DNA from: Gemmatimonadota bacterium
GTDB lineage: Bacteria; Gemmatimonadota; Gemmatimonadetes; Gemmatimonadales; Gemmatimonadaceae
Length of the DNA: 23,297 nucleotides
Reading direction: 5' to 3'
Assembly: GCA_031372565.1 (NCBI GenBank)
Contig: JANMLN010000015.1
Coordinates: 1-23,297 of the forward strand
Of the stretch, positions 1-8,908 are shown piece by piece; the stretch's first letter is position 1, and each line of letters starts with the position of its first letter. Both the position numbers and the translations under genes were made by a program. The notes below the pieces were generated by a model that was given only the letters and a program-made list of their open reading frames with translations, was not told where the DNA came from and did no database searches.

Positions 1-652
1 AGACGAGCCGACCCAACTCCGCGTCGTACGCCGACACATAGCCGCGCACCCCGAACTCGGCTCCCGCATTGCCGATCAACACCCGCCCCTTGGCAATGCG
101 CGGCGCCCCCGAGATCGCGTACGGCTTGTTCGCGTCGACCGTCATCACGTCCCACACCGGGATGCCGGTCTTTGCGCTGAGCGCGATCAGGCGCCCGTCG
201 AGCGTTCCGAGGTAGAGCTTGCCCCGGTAGGCCGCGAGGCCACGATTGACGACGTCACAGCAGACGTAGCGTGCGACGCGACGATCCACCTTCGGGTCGT
301 AGCTCCAGAGTTCCTTCCCGGTGGCCGCGTCGTAGGCGTACACCACACTCCACGAGCCCGTGGTGTAGAGCGTTCCGCCGATCACGATGGGCGTGGCCTC
401 GAGCGCGCGCGTGGTCGGGAGCGCATGGCTCCAGACGAGGCCGAGCTGTGTCACGGTGGAGTCGCTGATCTGGCGCAGCGGACTGAAGCGCTGCTCGTCG
501 TACGTGCGCCCGTACGTGAGCCAGTTGGCGCTGTCGGCGTTGGCGGCAACCAGCCGCGCATCGTCGATGAGCGTGGTGCGGTCCGGACCCGCGCACCCGA
601 GCGCACCGAGCGTGAGGCCGACGACGAGCTGGAACCACGAGTCCCTGCGCAT
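1..652 (-). CDS. PQQ-dependent alcohol dehydrogenase (methanol/ethanol family), 5' part; runs off the window edge
   Basis: Not in the ORF track; hand-translated from ATG at 652 (in-frame GTG at 655): MRRDSWFQLVVGLTLGALGC...NWLTYGRTYDEQRFSPLRQI...LEATPIV...YVCCDVVNRG...GTLDGRLIAL...IGNAGAEFGVRGYVSAYDA. Has the vicinal CC motif of quinoprotein ADHs and a lipoprotein-like signal. Confidence 0.92.
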   Translation of the reverse strand, partial: MRRDSWFQLVVGLTLGALGCAGPDRTTLIDDARLVAANADSANWLTYGRTYDEQRFSPLRQISDSTVTQLGLVWSHALPTTRALEATPIVIGGTLYTTGSWSVVYAYDAATGKELWSYDPKVDRRVARYVCCDVVNRGLAAYRGKLYLGTLDGRLIALSAKTGIPVWDVMTVDANKPYAISGAPRIAKGRVLIGNAGAEFGVRGYVSAYDAELGRLV

Positions 653-803
653 CACGAATGCCCGATTGAGGAGGACCGACGCTGCCGATGCGCGCAAGGC
701 TAGGCGCTCGCTCGCGGACTCACAAGGAGATCCGCGGCAGCGGCGACCCTTTGCGCGCAGGATGTGCGGGACGCGATGTCCATCGGCGACGCAACCGACC
801 GGG

Positions 804-3059
804 TCATGCCTCGCTCAGCGCGGCGCGCAGGGCGGCCGCGAGTTCCTTCTGCCCCACCGGCTTCTGCACGATGCGGGCGGCGCCGTCCAGTGCCCCGGGA
901 TCGGCCACGTGACCCGACAGCACGATGACCGGCACGCGCGGGGCGAGCTTCCGCAGCAGGGGCAGCACGTTCGTGCCCGAGAGACCGGGCATCGAGAGGT
1001 CGAGGAGGATGGCGCGCAACCGCACACTGCCACGCGTTTCGAGCAGACGGAGCGCTTCCTCGCCCCCTGAGGCCAGAACGGCGTCGAAGCCGAGGCGCTC
1101 GATCTGCCGACCGAGGGTACGCAGCACCAGCGGCTCGTCGTCCACCACCAGCACGTCGCCTCCCGAGGGGGCCGACTCCGCGACCTCGGGGATGGTCGCA
1201 CCTGTGATGGACGGCTGCACCACGGGAAGGCACACGACGAACGTGGCACCGCGGCCCTCGGCCGAGTCCACCGTCCAGTTGCCGCCGCTGTCGGACACGG
1301 TTTGAAAGGACGACGCGAGCCCGAGGCCGGTGCCTTGTCCGACGGGCTTGGTGGTGAAGAAGGGCTCGCCGATGCGCTTGAGCGTCGCCGCGGACATGCC
1401 GATGCCGTTATCCTCGACCTGAAGGCACACGGTGTGGTCGCCCTGCGGTACCAAGGTGAGTTCGATGCGGGGGTGATCGCGTCCGGTGACCGCATCGCGC
1501 GCGTTCATGAGCAGGTTGAGAAACACCTGCTGCAGCCCACTCGCGGGCGCGCGCACGAGCGCCGTGCTCGCCTCCACGCGATCGCGGATCTCGATGGTGC
1601 GATCGAAGGTCTGGCGGCAGATATGGAGGGCCTCGCGCAGGAGCGGCACCGCATCCACGGCCTCGTCGGACGGCTGCGCGTCGGGACGGCCGAGGACCAG
1701 CATGCGCCGTACGAGATCCGCCGCACTCCCCGCCGCTCGCTCCGCGTCGCCGAGGATGCGGTCGCGGTCGGCGGGATCGCACGTCCGCGCCAGTTCGATG
1801 TTCGGCAGGATGACGGCGAGCATGTTGTTGAAGTTGTGCGCGACACCCGCGGCCATCTCGCCCATCGTCTCGCGGCGCTGGCGCTGCTGCATCGCCTCGG
1901 CCATGCGGTGCGCGAGGGTCACATCGGAGATCACCCCCGTATAGAGCACGCCCTGCGACACCGTGTTGGGCACGCCGTGAATGCGCAGCCACCGGTTGTC
2001 GCCCACCGGGACGTCGTAGTCGAGCGGCTCACCGGCGCGGATCACGTGGTCGATCTGCGCCATGAGGGCGCGTCGTGCCGGCTCCGGCACGAGGTCGAAC
2101 ATGATCTCCGGGTGCGCGCGCACGGCCTCGGGATCGAGCCCGAGCACCTCGCGAATGCGACCAGCCACGAAGGGAATCACATCCGGGCCCTCGGGCGGGC
2201 GCAGGTACTGATAGACGACCCCCGGGACGGCATCGAGCACGCGCTGGATCTGCGTGCGACTCCGCTCGAGCGCGATCAGCATCTCGCGCTCACGCGTGAT
2301 GTCGGTGAAGGTCGCGACCATGCCGCGCATCGTCGCATCGCCCGGGTCCCGCAGCGGATCCGCGCGGACGCTGAGCCACTTCACTTCGCCGGACGGGCGG
2401 TGCACCCCGAGCACGCGGTCCGTGGTCGGTTCGCCCGTGCGCTTGGTGATCTCGGACGGGACGTCGTCGGCGGTGGCCGCCGTGCCGTCCGTCTTGATGA
2501 GCTTCCAGCGCGGGTCCGTGCCGGTGCGCCCGGCCATCTGATCGACGCTCAGGCCGAGGACGCGCTCAGCGGCGGCGTTGGCATGGCGCACGGCACCATC
2601 GGCCGAGTGAATGGCGACGCCATCGGACATCGCGCGGAAGACCGATTGGTAGAGCGTCTCCTGCTCGCGCAGCGCGCGCTGCGCACTGCTCACGTCGCTG
2701 ACGCTGATCACGACATGCGCGACGCGGCCCGCGTCATCGAAGGCCGGGATGGCGGAGGCGAGGACCCACGCCCGCTCGTCGCGGTCCGAGCGCCGTACGC
2801 CCAGCACCACCCCCTGAACGGCCTGGCCCGTGCGGAGTGCGCGCACGCCCGGATGGCCGTCATCGCGGACGGGTTGGTCGTGCTCGTCCACCACGTCCCA
2901 CTTCTCGTCGTGGGTCGTGCGGGCCGTGATCTCGTCAGCCGTGACGCCGAGCAGCGCCGTGGCCTTCGCGTTCGCGAACAAGATGCGGAGGTTGGTGTCC
3001 TGCACCACGACGCCGACGTCGAGGGCACCCAGGATCTGCGACCAGTCGTCGCGCTGCAT
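804..3059 (-). CDS. Soluble hybrid sensor histidine kinase/response regulator (PAS x2-3, HisKA, HATPase, receiver)
   Basis: Two similar PAS segments (ANAKATALLG / ANAAAERVLG), H-box GVAHNFNNML, N-box NLLMNARDA, DNGIGM, PFFTTKPVGQGTGLGL, receiver LVVDDEP...LLDLSMPG...KP. Confidence 0.93.
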   Translation of the reverse strand: MQRDDWSQILGALDVGVVVQDTNLRILFANAKATALLGVTADEITARTTHDEKWDVVDEHDQPVRDDGHPGVRALRTGQAVQGVVLGVRRSDRDERAWVLASAIPAFDDAGRVAHVVISVSDVSSAQRALREQETLYQSVFRAMSDGVAIHSADGAVRHANAAAERVLGLSVDQMAGRTGTDPRWKLIKTDGTAATADDVPSEITKRTGEPTTDRVLGVHRPSGEVKWLSVRADPLRDPGDATMRGMVATFTDITREREMLIALERSRTQIQRVLDAVPGVVYQYLRPPEGPDVIPFVAGRIREVLGLDPEAVRAHPEIMFDLVPEPARRALMAQIDHVIRAGEPLDYDVPVGDNRWLRIHGVPNTVSQGVLYTGVISDVTLAHRMAEAMQQRQRRETMGEMAAGVAHNFNNMLAVILPNIELARTCDPADRDRILGDAERAAGSAADLVRRMLVLGRPDAQPSDEAVDAVPLLREALHICRQTFDRTIEIRDRVEASTALVRAPASGLQQVFLNLLMNARDAVTGRDHPRIELTLVPQGDHTVCLQVEDNGIGMSAATLKRIGEPFFTTKPVGQGTGLGLASSFQTVSDSGGNWTVDSAEGRGATFVVCLPVVQPSITGATIPEVAESAPSGGDVLVVDDEPLVLRTLGRQIERLGFDAVLASGGEEALRLLETRGSVRLRAILLDLSMPGLSGTNVLPLLRKLAPRVPVIVLSGHVADPGALDGAARIVQKPVGQKELAAALRAALSEA

Positions 3060-3232
3060 GCGGCGGCTCGGAAGGTGGTGGGACGTCGTGAGAATCAGTG
3101 GAAGGTGGTCGGCGGCTGCGAGGCGCGCAATTCGCGGTCGGGCACGCGGCGCGGAGGTGTCACGGACGGCGCAGGCGCGCGCGTCCCTTCGCGCGACGAT
3201 CCGCGGCTACTGCCCTTGGACGTGTGTCGGCA

Positions 3233-4162
3233 TCAGACGGACGCTCGCGGCGCGCCATGCGCGACGTGTTGCTCGATGAACGCCGCCGCGGAGCGCAGCG
3301 ACACGGCGGCCTCGGGTACGAACGGCACCATCATCTGCCAGCAGTGGGGGACGTCGTCGAACACCTCCAGGTGGCTCGTGCCACCCGCTGAGCGCACCCG
3401 CGCGTCGACGCGTCGCGCATCGTCAAGCAGGACCTCGGTGGAGCCCACGTGGAGGAGCATCGGCGGCAGCCCGCCGAGGGACGCGTACATCGGCGAGGTC
3501 TCGGGCGCCGTGGCTGATGCGCCGCCCAGATACACCGCCGCGAAGTCGGCCAGATTCTCGTAGCGGAACATCGCGTCGAGGCCGTCGTTGGCGCGCGCCG
3601 ACGCGCCCACGGCGGCCAGATCGGTCCACGGAGAAAACGCAACGACGCAGGCCGGTGACGGACGCCCGCGATCCCTGAGGCGCTGCGCCAACCCGAGCAC
3701 GAGGTTGCCGCCGGCCGAGTCGCCGGCGAGCGCGATGCTCCCCGCTGGTGTGCCCGTCGCGAGGAGCCACTCGTAGGCGGCGAGGACGTCGTCCGGAGCG
3801 GCGGGAAAGGGGTGCTCCGGTGCGAGGCGATAGTCGATGTTGAACACGCGACGGCGGCTGAAGCGCGCAAGCGCTGCCGCGATCGGCCGGTGCGTCGCGG
3901 CGGAGCACGAGACGAACCCGCCCCCATGCACGTAGAGCACGACCCCGGGCAGCGCAGCCGCCGGGACCAACCATTCGCCGCGCACGGCGCCCGCGCGTAC
4001 GGGCTCGCGCCGCACCCCCCACGCCACGAGCGACCGGTACACCGGGGGTGCGCCAAAAAAGATGCGCGCCCGCCGCGTCAGCGCTCGCCCATCGCCCCAG
4101 TCGCGGCGGCGCATGAGGGTGCGGATGACGCGATCGAGGATCCGTGCCCGCCACGACGGCAT
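3233..4162 (-). CDS. Alpha/beta hydrolase, hormone-sensitive-lipase-like esterase
   Basis: HGGG oxyanion motif, DYRLAPEHPFPAAPDD, GDSAGG nucleophile elbow, EVLLDD and PH motifs. Confidence 0.93.
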   Translation of the reverse strand: MPSWRARILDRVIRTLMRRRDWGDGRALTRRARIFFGAPPVYRSLVAWGVRREPVRAGAVRGEWLVPAAALPGVVLYVHGGGFVSCSAATHRPIAAALARFSRRRVFNIDYRLAPEHPFPAAPDDVLAAYEWLLATGTPAGSIALAGDSAGGNLVLGLAQRLRDRGRPSPACVVAFSPWTDLAAVGASARANDGLDAMFRYENLADFAAVYLGGASATAPETSPMYASLGGLPPMLLHVGSTEVLLDDARRVDARVRSAGGTSHLEVFDDVPHCWQMMVPFVPEAAVSLRSAAAFIEQHVAHGAPRASV

Positions 4163-4254
4163 CAGTCGTCAGCTCCTGTGGGAATCGAGTTCGGTGACCG
4201 CGCGACCGGGCATGCGGGCCGCTCTTCGCACGCCGCTCCCATGGCCACGCACGC

Positions 4255-5058
4255 TCACGCCGAGTGGTTCAACGGCCCGTGCCCACTCCCCAATCCCGGC
4301 GCCGTCGCGATCGCCCGGTGCACGTACGCCAGCGCAACGTCGACCGCATCACGGAGTGCATCACCCCGCGCGAGCCCCGCCGCGATCGCCGCCGACAGCG
4401 TGCACCCCGTCCCGTGCGTGCTCGTGGTCTCGATCCGGGGTCGCGACCACCGCTCCTCGCGCGCGCCATCGTACAGCACGTCCACCACCAGCGCCCCGTC
4501 GCCACCGCGCAGATGTCCACCCTTCACCAGTGCACTCGCGGCCCCGCACTCATGCACCAGTCGGCGCGCGGCCAACGCCATCGCATCTGGCGTGAGCACG
4601 GGCTCGCCCAGCAGCAGCGCCGCTTCGTCCAGGTTGGGCGTGACCACCGCCGCCAGCGGAAAGAGCGCGCGCACGATCGCCGTGACCGCGCCCTGCGCCA
4701 GCAGCGGATCGCCGCTGGTGGCCACCATCACGGGATCGAGCACATACGGCGCGAGTGCGTGCGCGCGGATCCCCGCCGCCACCGCGGCAATCACCTTCTC
4801 GTCCGCGAGCATTCCGCTCTTGATCGCCGCCGGTCGAAGATCGGTGGCCACCGCGTCCAGCTGCGCGCGCACCAGGTGTGCGTCCACCGCCGTCCAGCCG
4901 CTCACGCCGCGCGTGTTCTGCGCCGTGATCGCCGTGATCACGCTCGTGCCGAACACGCCGAAGCGCTGGAACACTTTCAAGTCCGCCTGAATCCCCGCGC
5001 CACCACCGGAATCGGATCCGGCGATCGTGAGCGCGACCGGCATCATCTGCGTGCGCAT
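4255..5058 (-). CDS. thiD: Hydroxymethylpyrimidine/phosphomethylpyrimidine kinase
   Basis: LTIAGSDSGGGAGIQADLK, TAQNT, VLDPVM, TPNLDEA, KGGH, THGTGCTLSAAIAA, GSGHGPLNH. Confidence 0.96.
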   Translation of the reverse strand: MRTQMMPVALTIAGSDSGGGAGIQADLKVFQRFGVFGTSVITAITAQNTRGVSGWTAVDAHLVRAQLDAVATDLRPAAIKSGMLADEKVIAAVAAGIRAHALAPYVLDPVMVATSGDPLLAQGAVTAIVRALFPLAAVVTPNLDEAALLLGEPVLTPDAMALAARRLVHECGAASALVKGGHLRGGDGALVVDVLYDGAREERWSRPRIETTSTHGTGCTLSAAIAAGLARGDALRDAVDVALAYVHRAIATAPGLGSGHGPLNHSA

Positions 5059-5083
5059 GCCGAACTCCTCACCCGCGCCTGCG

Positions 5084-5887
5084 TCAGCGCGTCCCCGCCG
5101 GGCTCGGCGGCAGTGACTTCACCTTGGCCTTGAAGCGCTGAAAGGCCGGTGTATCCTGCGTCAGCCCGACAAGGCGCGACGACGGCAGCTGCGCGATGAT
5201 GGCACGCGCCTGCGAAATCCGGTCCTCCTCCAGCGGGTGCGTCTGGAACATCGCCTCCAATCCATCCGGCTTCTCCTTCCGCTCCGCCATGAGGACCTCG
5301 AACGTGGTGATCATCCCGCGAGGATCGATCCCCGCGCGCACGGCGAACTCGATGCCGACCCGGTCCGCTTCGGCTTCGTCGCTCCGCGAGAAGCCCGCCA
5401 TCAGCGCTCCCGCACTCACGTTCACCAGATCACCCACCCCCGGCGTGTTGCAGATGCGCGTCAGCACGCAGCCGAGTGTGGCGCCCAGCCCGACCCCCTG
5501 CGCCTTCTGCTGCTGCTTCACGGTGTGACGTTCCGTCACGTGACCGATCTCGTGGCCCAGCACGGTCGCCAGCTGGTCCAGCTTGGTGAATCGCTCGATC
5601 AGCCCGCGGTTCACGTAGATGTAGCCACCCGGCACCGCAAACGCGTTCACTTCCTTGCTGTCCACGACATAGAAGCGCCACTGCAGGTTGCGCGTGTCCG
5701 CCACCTTGGCCAGCGAATCGCCCAGCCGATTGATGTACGCGTTCACCTCGGGGTCCTGCACGAGCGGCAGCTTGGCGTTGATCTGCGCGGCGTAGTTGGC
5801 GCCCAGCTCCACCTCTTGTTGCGTGGTGGCGAGGCAGCCCGTGAGGGCAACGGTCAGGACGAGCAGCGGGGCAATCAGGCGGCGCAT
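5084..5887 (-). CDS. M48 family zinc metallopeptidase lipoprotein (BepA/LoiP-like)
   Basis: Start moved to ATG at 5887 (MRRLIAPLLVLTVALTGC lipobox). NAFAVPGGYIYV, HEIGH, FSRSDEAEAD, THP. Confidence 0.9.
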   Translation of the reverse strand: MRRLIAPLLVLTVALTGCLATTQQEVELGANYAAQINAKLPLVQDPEVNAYINRLGDSLAKVADTRNLQWRFYVVDSKEVNAFAVPGGYIYVNRGLIERFTKLDQLATVLGHEIGHVTERHTVKQQQKAQGVGLGATLGCVLTRICNTPGVGDLVNVSAGALMAGFSRSDEAEADRVGIEFAVRAGIDPRGMITTFEVLMAERKEKPDGLEAMFQTHPLEEDRISQARAIIAQLPSSRLVGLTQDTPAFQRFKAKVKSLPPSPAGTR

Positions 5888-5937
5888 GAGCAGACGGGAC
5901 CAGGGACGGGGACCAGCCGCACGAGCGGCCACGGTAA

Positions 5938-5943
5938 TAGAAT
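5938..5943 (+). promoter_or_regulatory. Putative -10 element TAGAAT, 6 nt upstream of the GTG start at 5950 (leaderless-type)
   Basis: TAGAAT-ACTGGC-GTG in the only AT-rich patch of a 62-nt divergent gap. No SD and no clear -35. Confidence 0.45.
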
Positions 5944-5949
5944 ACTGGC

Positions 5950-6711
5950 GTGCGAATCCTGACCCAAGCCCGTGATCTCCGCCGCCGTCGCGCACGCGAG
6001 GAGCAGGGCGTCTTCGTCACCGAGGGGGTGCGAGCGGTCGAGGAGTTGGTGGCCTCGGCCCTCGTGGTGCGTGGCGCCCTCGTCTCTCCCAAGCTCGCCT
6101 CGACGCCGCGGGGCGACGCGCTCCGGGCCGCCCTCGAAGCCCGCGGCATTCCGGTCACCGAGGTCAGCGACCGCGACTTTGCGTCCGCCGCCGACACCGA
6201 CGCTCCTCAAGGCGTCCTGGCCGTGGCGGAGATTCCGGCACGCACCCTTCCGACCCCGCAGCCTGGCCGTGTGTTCCGCGCCGTCATCCTCGATGGCGTA
6301 CAGGACCCCGGAAACGTCGGCACGATCGTGCGCACGGCCGCCGCCCTCGGCGTCGACGCCACCATCGCGCTCCCGGGCACGGTGGATCTCTATAACGTGA
6401 AGGTGGTGCGCGGTGCCATGGGCGCGCTCTTTCGGCATGTGGCGCTGCACGCGACGTCGGACGACGTGACCGCGTGGGTGCGCACGCACGAGATCGCGCT
6501 GTGGGGCGCAGACGGCAGCGGCATGGCGATCAACGCGGCACTCCCCGCACCGCGCTGCACGGCGCTCGTGGTCGGCAACGAGGGCGCAGGGCTCAGCGCG
6601 CCGATGGTCGCCGCCTGCGCTCGCATGGTCGCCATTCCCATCGGCGCCGACGTGGAATCGCTCAACGTGGCCGTGGCGACGGGCATCCTCCTGCACGTCC
6701 TGCGCGCATGA
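5950..6711 (+). CDS. TrmH/SpoU family RNA 2'-O-methyltransferase
   Basis: ILDGVQDPGNVGTIVRTA, VGNEGAGL, IPI...VESLNVAVA; N-terminal FVTEGVRAVEE substrate-binding region. Confidence 0.94.
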   Translation: MRILTQARDLRRRRAREEQGVFVTEGVRAVEELVASALVVRGALVSPKLASTPRGDALRAALEARGIPVTEVSDRDFASAADTDAPQGVLAVAEIPARTLPTPQPGRVFRAVILDGVQDPGNVGTIVRTAAALGVDATIALPGTVDLYNVKVVRGAMGALFRHVALHATSDDVTAWVRTHEIALWGADGSGMAINAALPAPRCTALVVGNEGAGLSAPMVAACARMVAIPIGADVESLNVAVATGILLHVLRA

Positions 6712-7580
6712 ACATCCTCTTCTGGTTCACCTGGGCCGGACTCGGGGCCTGCGTCGGATCATTCCTGAACGTCTGTATCCTGCGGTGGCCGGCCGATCAA
6801 TCGGTGATCAGCCCGCGCTCGCGGTGCCCGCGGTGCGAGCGCATGATCCGCTGGTACGAGAACATCCCGATCCTTTCATGGGTCGCGCTCCGCGCCAAGT
6901 GCGCAGGCTGCGGCCTCGGGATCTCGGCGCGCTATCCCGCGATCGAACTCCTGATCGCGCTGGGATGGCTCGCGGCCGGTCTCGCGTATGGCCCCGGCTT
7001 CACCGCCATTCGCGTGGCCGTGTTCGGCACGATCCTCGTTGGCATTGCCATCACCGACTACGAGACCTACCTGATTCCCGATGGCTTCACCGTGTCGGGA
7101 CTCGTGTTCACGCTCGTTGCCGCGTTTGCGGGCCTGTTCGTGAACGAGTGGTCGCCATTCGCCGCGCCCGTCGATGCGCTCATTGGCGCCTGCGCCGGGG
7201 CCGGGGTCATCGCCATCATCGGCTGGCTTGGCGAACTTGCCCTCAAGCGTGAGGCCATGGGCTTCGGCGATGTCACGCTCATGGCGTTCGCCGGCGCGGC
7301 GCTCGGTCCGGTCAAGGCCATCATGACGGTGTTCATCGGCGCAGCCATCGGCGCGGCCGTGTTCGTGCTCATCGTGATGCCGATCGTGAAGCTCCGGCGG
7401 AAGCCGGCACCGGCGGAACCCCCTCCGGAGCCGCCGGCAGATCCAGCCGCCGACGCCATGACCGACCCGAACGGCCTGCCCCTCGTTCCCTTTGGCGTCT
7501 TCCTCGCGCCTGCCGCGCTCACGCTCCTCCTCTGGGGCGATGCGCTGCTGGCGTGGTACCTTCGCACCGTCACGTCATGA
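6708..7580 (+). CDS. pilD: Type IV prepilin peptidase (A24)
   Basis: Start at 6708 overlaps the upstream stop (ATGA). GSFLNVCILRWP, CPRC and CAGC zinc motifs, ENIPILSW, Asp motifs ITDYE and MGFGDV, PFGVFL. Confidence 0.93.
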   Translation: MNILFWFTWAGLGACVGSFLNVCILRWPADQSVISPRSRCPRCERMIRWYENIPILSWVALRAKCAGCGLGISARYPAIELLIALGWLAAGLAYGPGFTAIRVAVFGTILVGIAITDYETYLIPDGFTVSGLVFTLVAAFAGLFVNEWSPFAAPVDALIGACAGAGVIAIIGWLGELALKREAMGFGDVTLMAFAGAALGPVKAIMTVFIGAAIGAAVFVLIVMPIVKLRRKPAPAEPPPEPPADPAADAMTDPNGLPLVPFGVFLAPAALTLLLWGDALLAWYLRTVTS

Positions 7581-8848
7581 TCTCGCGCCTCGCTCGCATC
7601 GCGCTCGTCGCCACACTCGCACTCGCTGCCTGTTCCGAGAAGGGACAGGTGGCCGAGGGCAGTGCGTACAGCGGCAAGGTGGCCGAACTGATCCCGAAGA
7701 TCGAGAAGGTCACCGGCATGATCTTCAAGACGCCGCCCAAGGTGGCGACCAAGACGGCCGCCGAAGTCAGCAGCTTTCTCGAGCAGCAGTTCGCCGAGAG
7801 CCGGGCCGCGACCGAACTCGAGGGACAGGAGCAGGCATACAAACTGCTCGGGCTCATCCCGTACGAGGTGAACGTCAAGCGCCTCATGCTCGAGTTGCTC
7901 GCCGAACAGGTGGCCGGCTATTACGACCCCAAGACCAAGACGCTCTACGTGGTGCAGGGCGCTCCCGCCGAAGCGGTGGGCATCACGCTCGCGCACGAAC
8001 TCGTGCATGCGCTGCAGGATCAGTACATCAACCTCGACTCGATCCAGAGTGCGCAGAACGACAACGACCGCGCGACCGCCACGCAGTCGGTGATCGAGGG
8101 CCACGCGACCTACGAACAGATGGTGCTCACCCTCGGCGGCGAAGGTGCGCTGGCCGACAAGCTGCCGGGCGGCTGGGACATGATCCGCCAGCAGATCCGG
8201 GAAGCGAAGAACACGATGCCCAAGCTGTCCGCCGCGCCGATGCTCATCCAGGAGACGCTGCTCTTTCCGTACCTTGCCGGTGCGGAGTACGTGCGCGCGC
8301 TGGAGGCCGCGAAGGGCAAGGGCAATCCGTTCGCACGCATTCCGCAGAGCACCGAGCAGGTGCTGCACTCGGCCAAGTTCATCGCGGGCACCGATTCGCT
8401 GCCGCTGCGCATCGCGCTGCCCAAGCCCACTGGTGGCACGGTGACCTACAGCAACGATCTCGGAGAGTTCGAGACGCGACTCTGGCTCTACGAGCATCTC
8501 AAGGATCAGGCGGGTGCCGGCCGCGGTGCGTTCGGCTGGGCAGCGGACGCCTATCAGGTCGTCAAGACGCCCAAGGGGAACGCGATCGTCTGGCTCTCGC
8601 TGTGGGATTCAGCCGTGGACGCAGCGGAGTTCCGCGACTTCGCCAACCAGTCCGTGATCAAGCGCTTCGATCCGAAAGACTACCTGCGTGCGGGCGCCGA
8701 TGGCCGTCGCTACGTGGAACAGGGGCGCGAGATGCTCCTCCAGCCGGTGGTCGTCGGCGGGCGCTCCGGCGTGCTCTGGATCGACAATCCCGTGGGTGCG
8801 CGCGTGGAGATCGACGCGACCAAGGCGACCTTGTCGCGGCCGCGGTAG
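7577..8848 (+). CDS. Lipoprotein, putative zinc metallopeptidase (HExxH plus downstream E)
   Basis: ATGA overlap with the prepilin peptidase stop. Lipobox LAAC; GYYDP...LAHELVHALQDQ...IEGHAT; PQSTEQVLH. Confidence 0.75.
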   Translation: MISRLARIALVATLALAACSEKGQVAEGSAYSGKVAELIPKIEKVTGMIFKTPPKVATKTAAEVSSFLEQQFAESRAATELEGQEQAYKLLGLIPYEVNVKRLMLELLAEQVAGYYDPKTKTLYVVQGAPAEAVGITLAHELVHALQDQYINLDSIQSAQNDNDRATATQSVIEGHATYEQMVLTLGGEGALADKLPGGWDMIRQQIREAKNTMPKLSAAPMLIQETLLFPYLAGAEYVRALEAAKGKGNPFARIPQSTEQVLHSAKFIAGTDSLPLRIALPKPTGGTVTYSNDLGEFETRLWLYEHLKDQAGAGRGAFGWAADAYQVVKTPKGNAIVWLSLWDSAVDAAEFRDFANQSVIKRFDPKDYLRAGADGRRYVEQGREMLLQPVVVGGRSGVLWIDNPVGARVEIDATKATLSRPR

Positions 8849-8908
8849 GACAACGGCGGATGGCGGCGGTGCACGGCGCGTGGTGAGGCCGCGTTGTCGC
8901 GACGCCGC

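Noticed and set aside
1302..3563. 753-aa + strand ORF
   Set aside because: Antisense shadow of the hybrid kinase, typical of high-GC codon bias.
5059..5083. TPP riboswitch upstream of thiD
   Set aside because: The gap is only 25 nt and has no CUGAGA motif.
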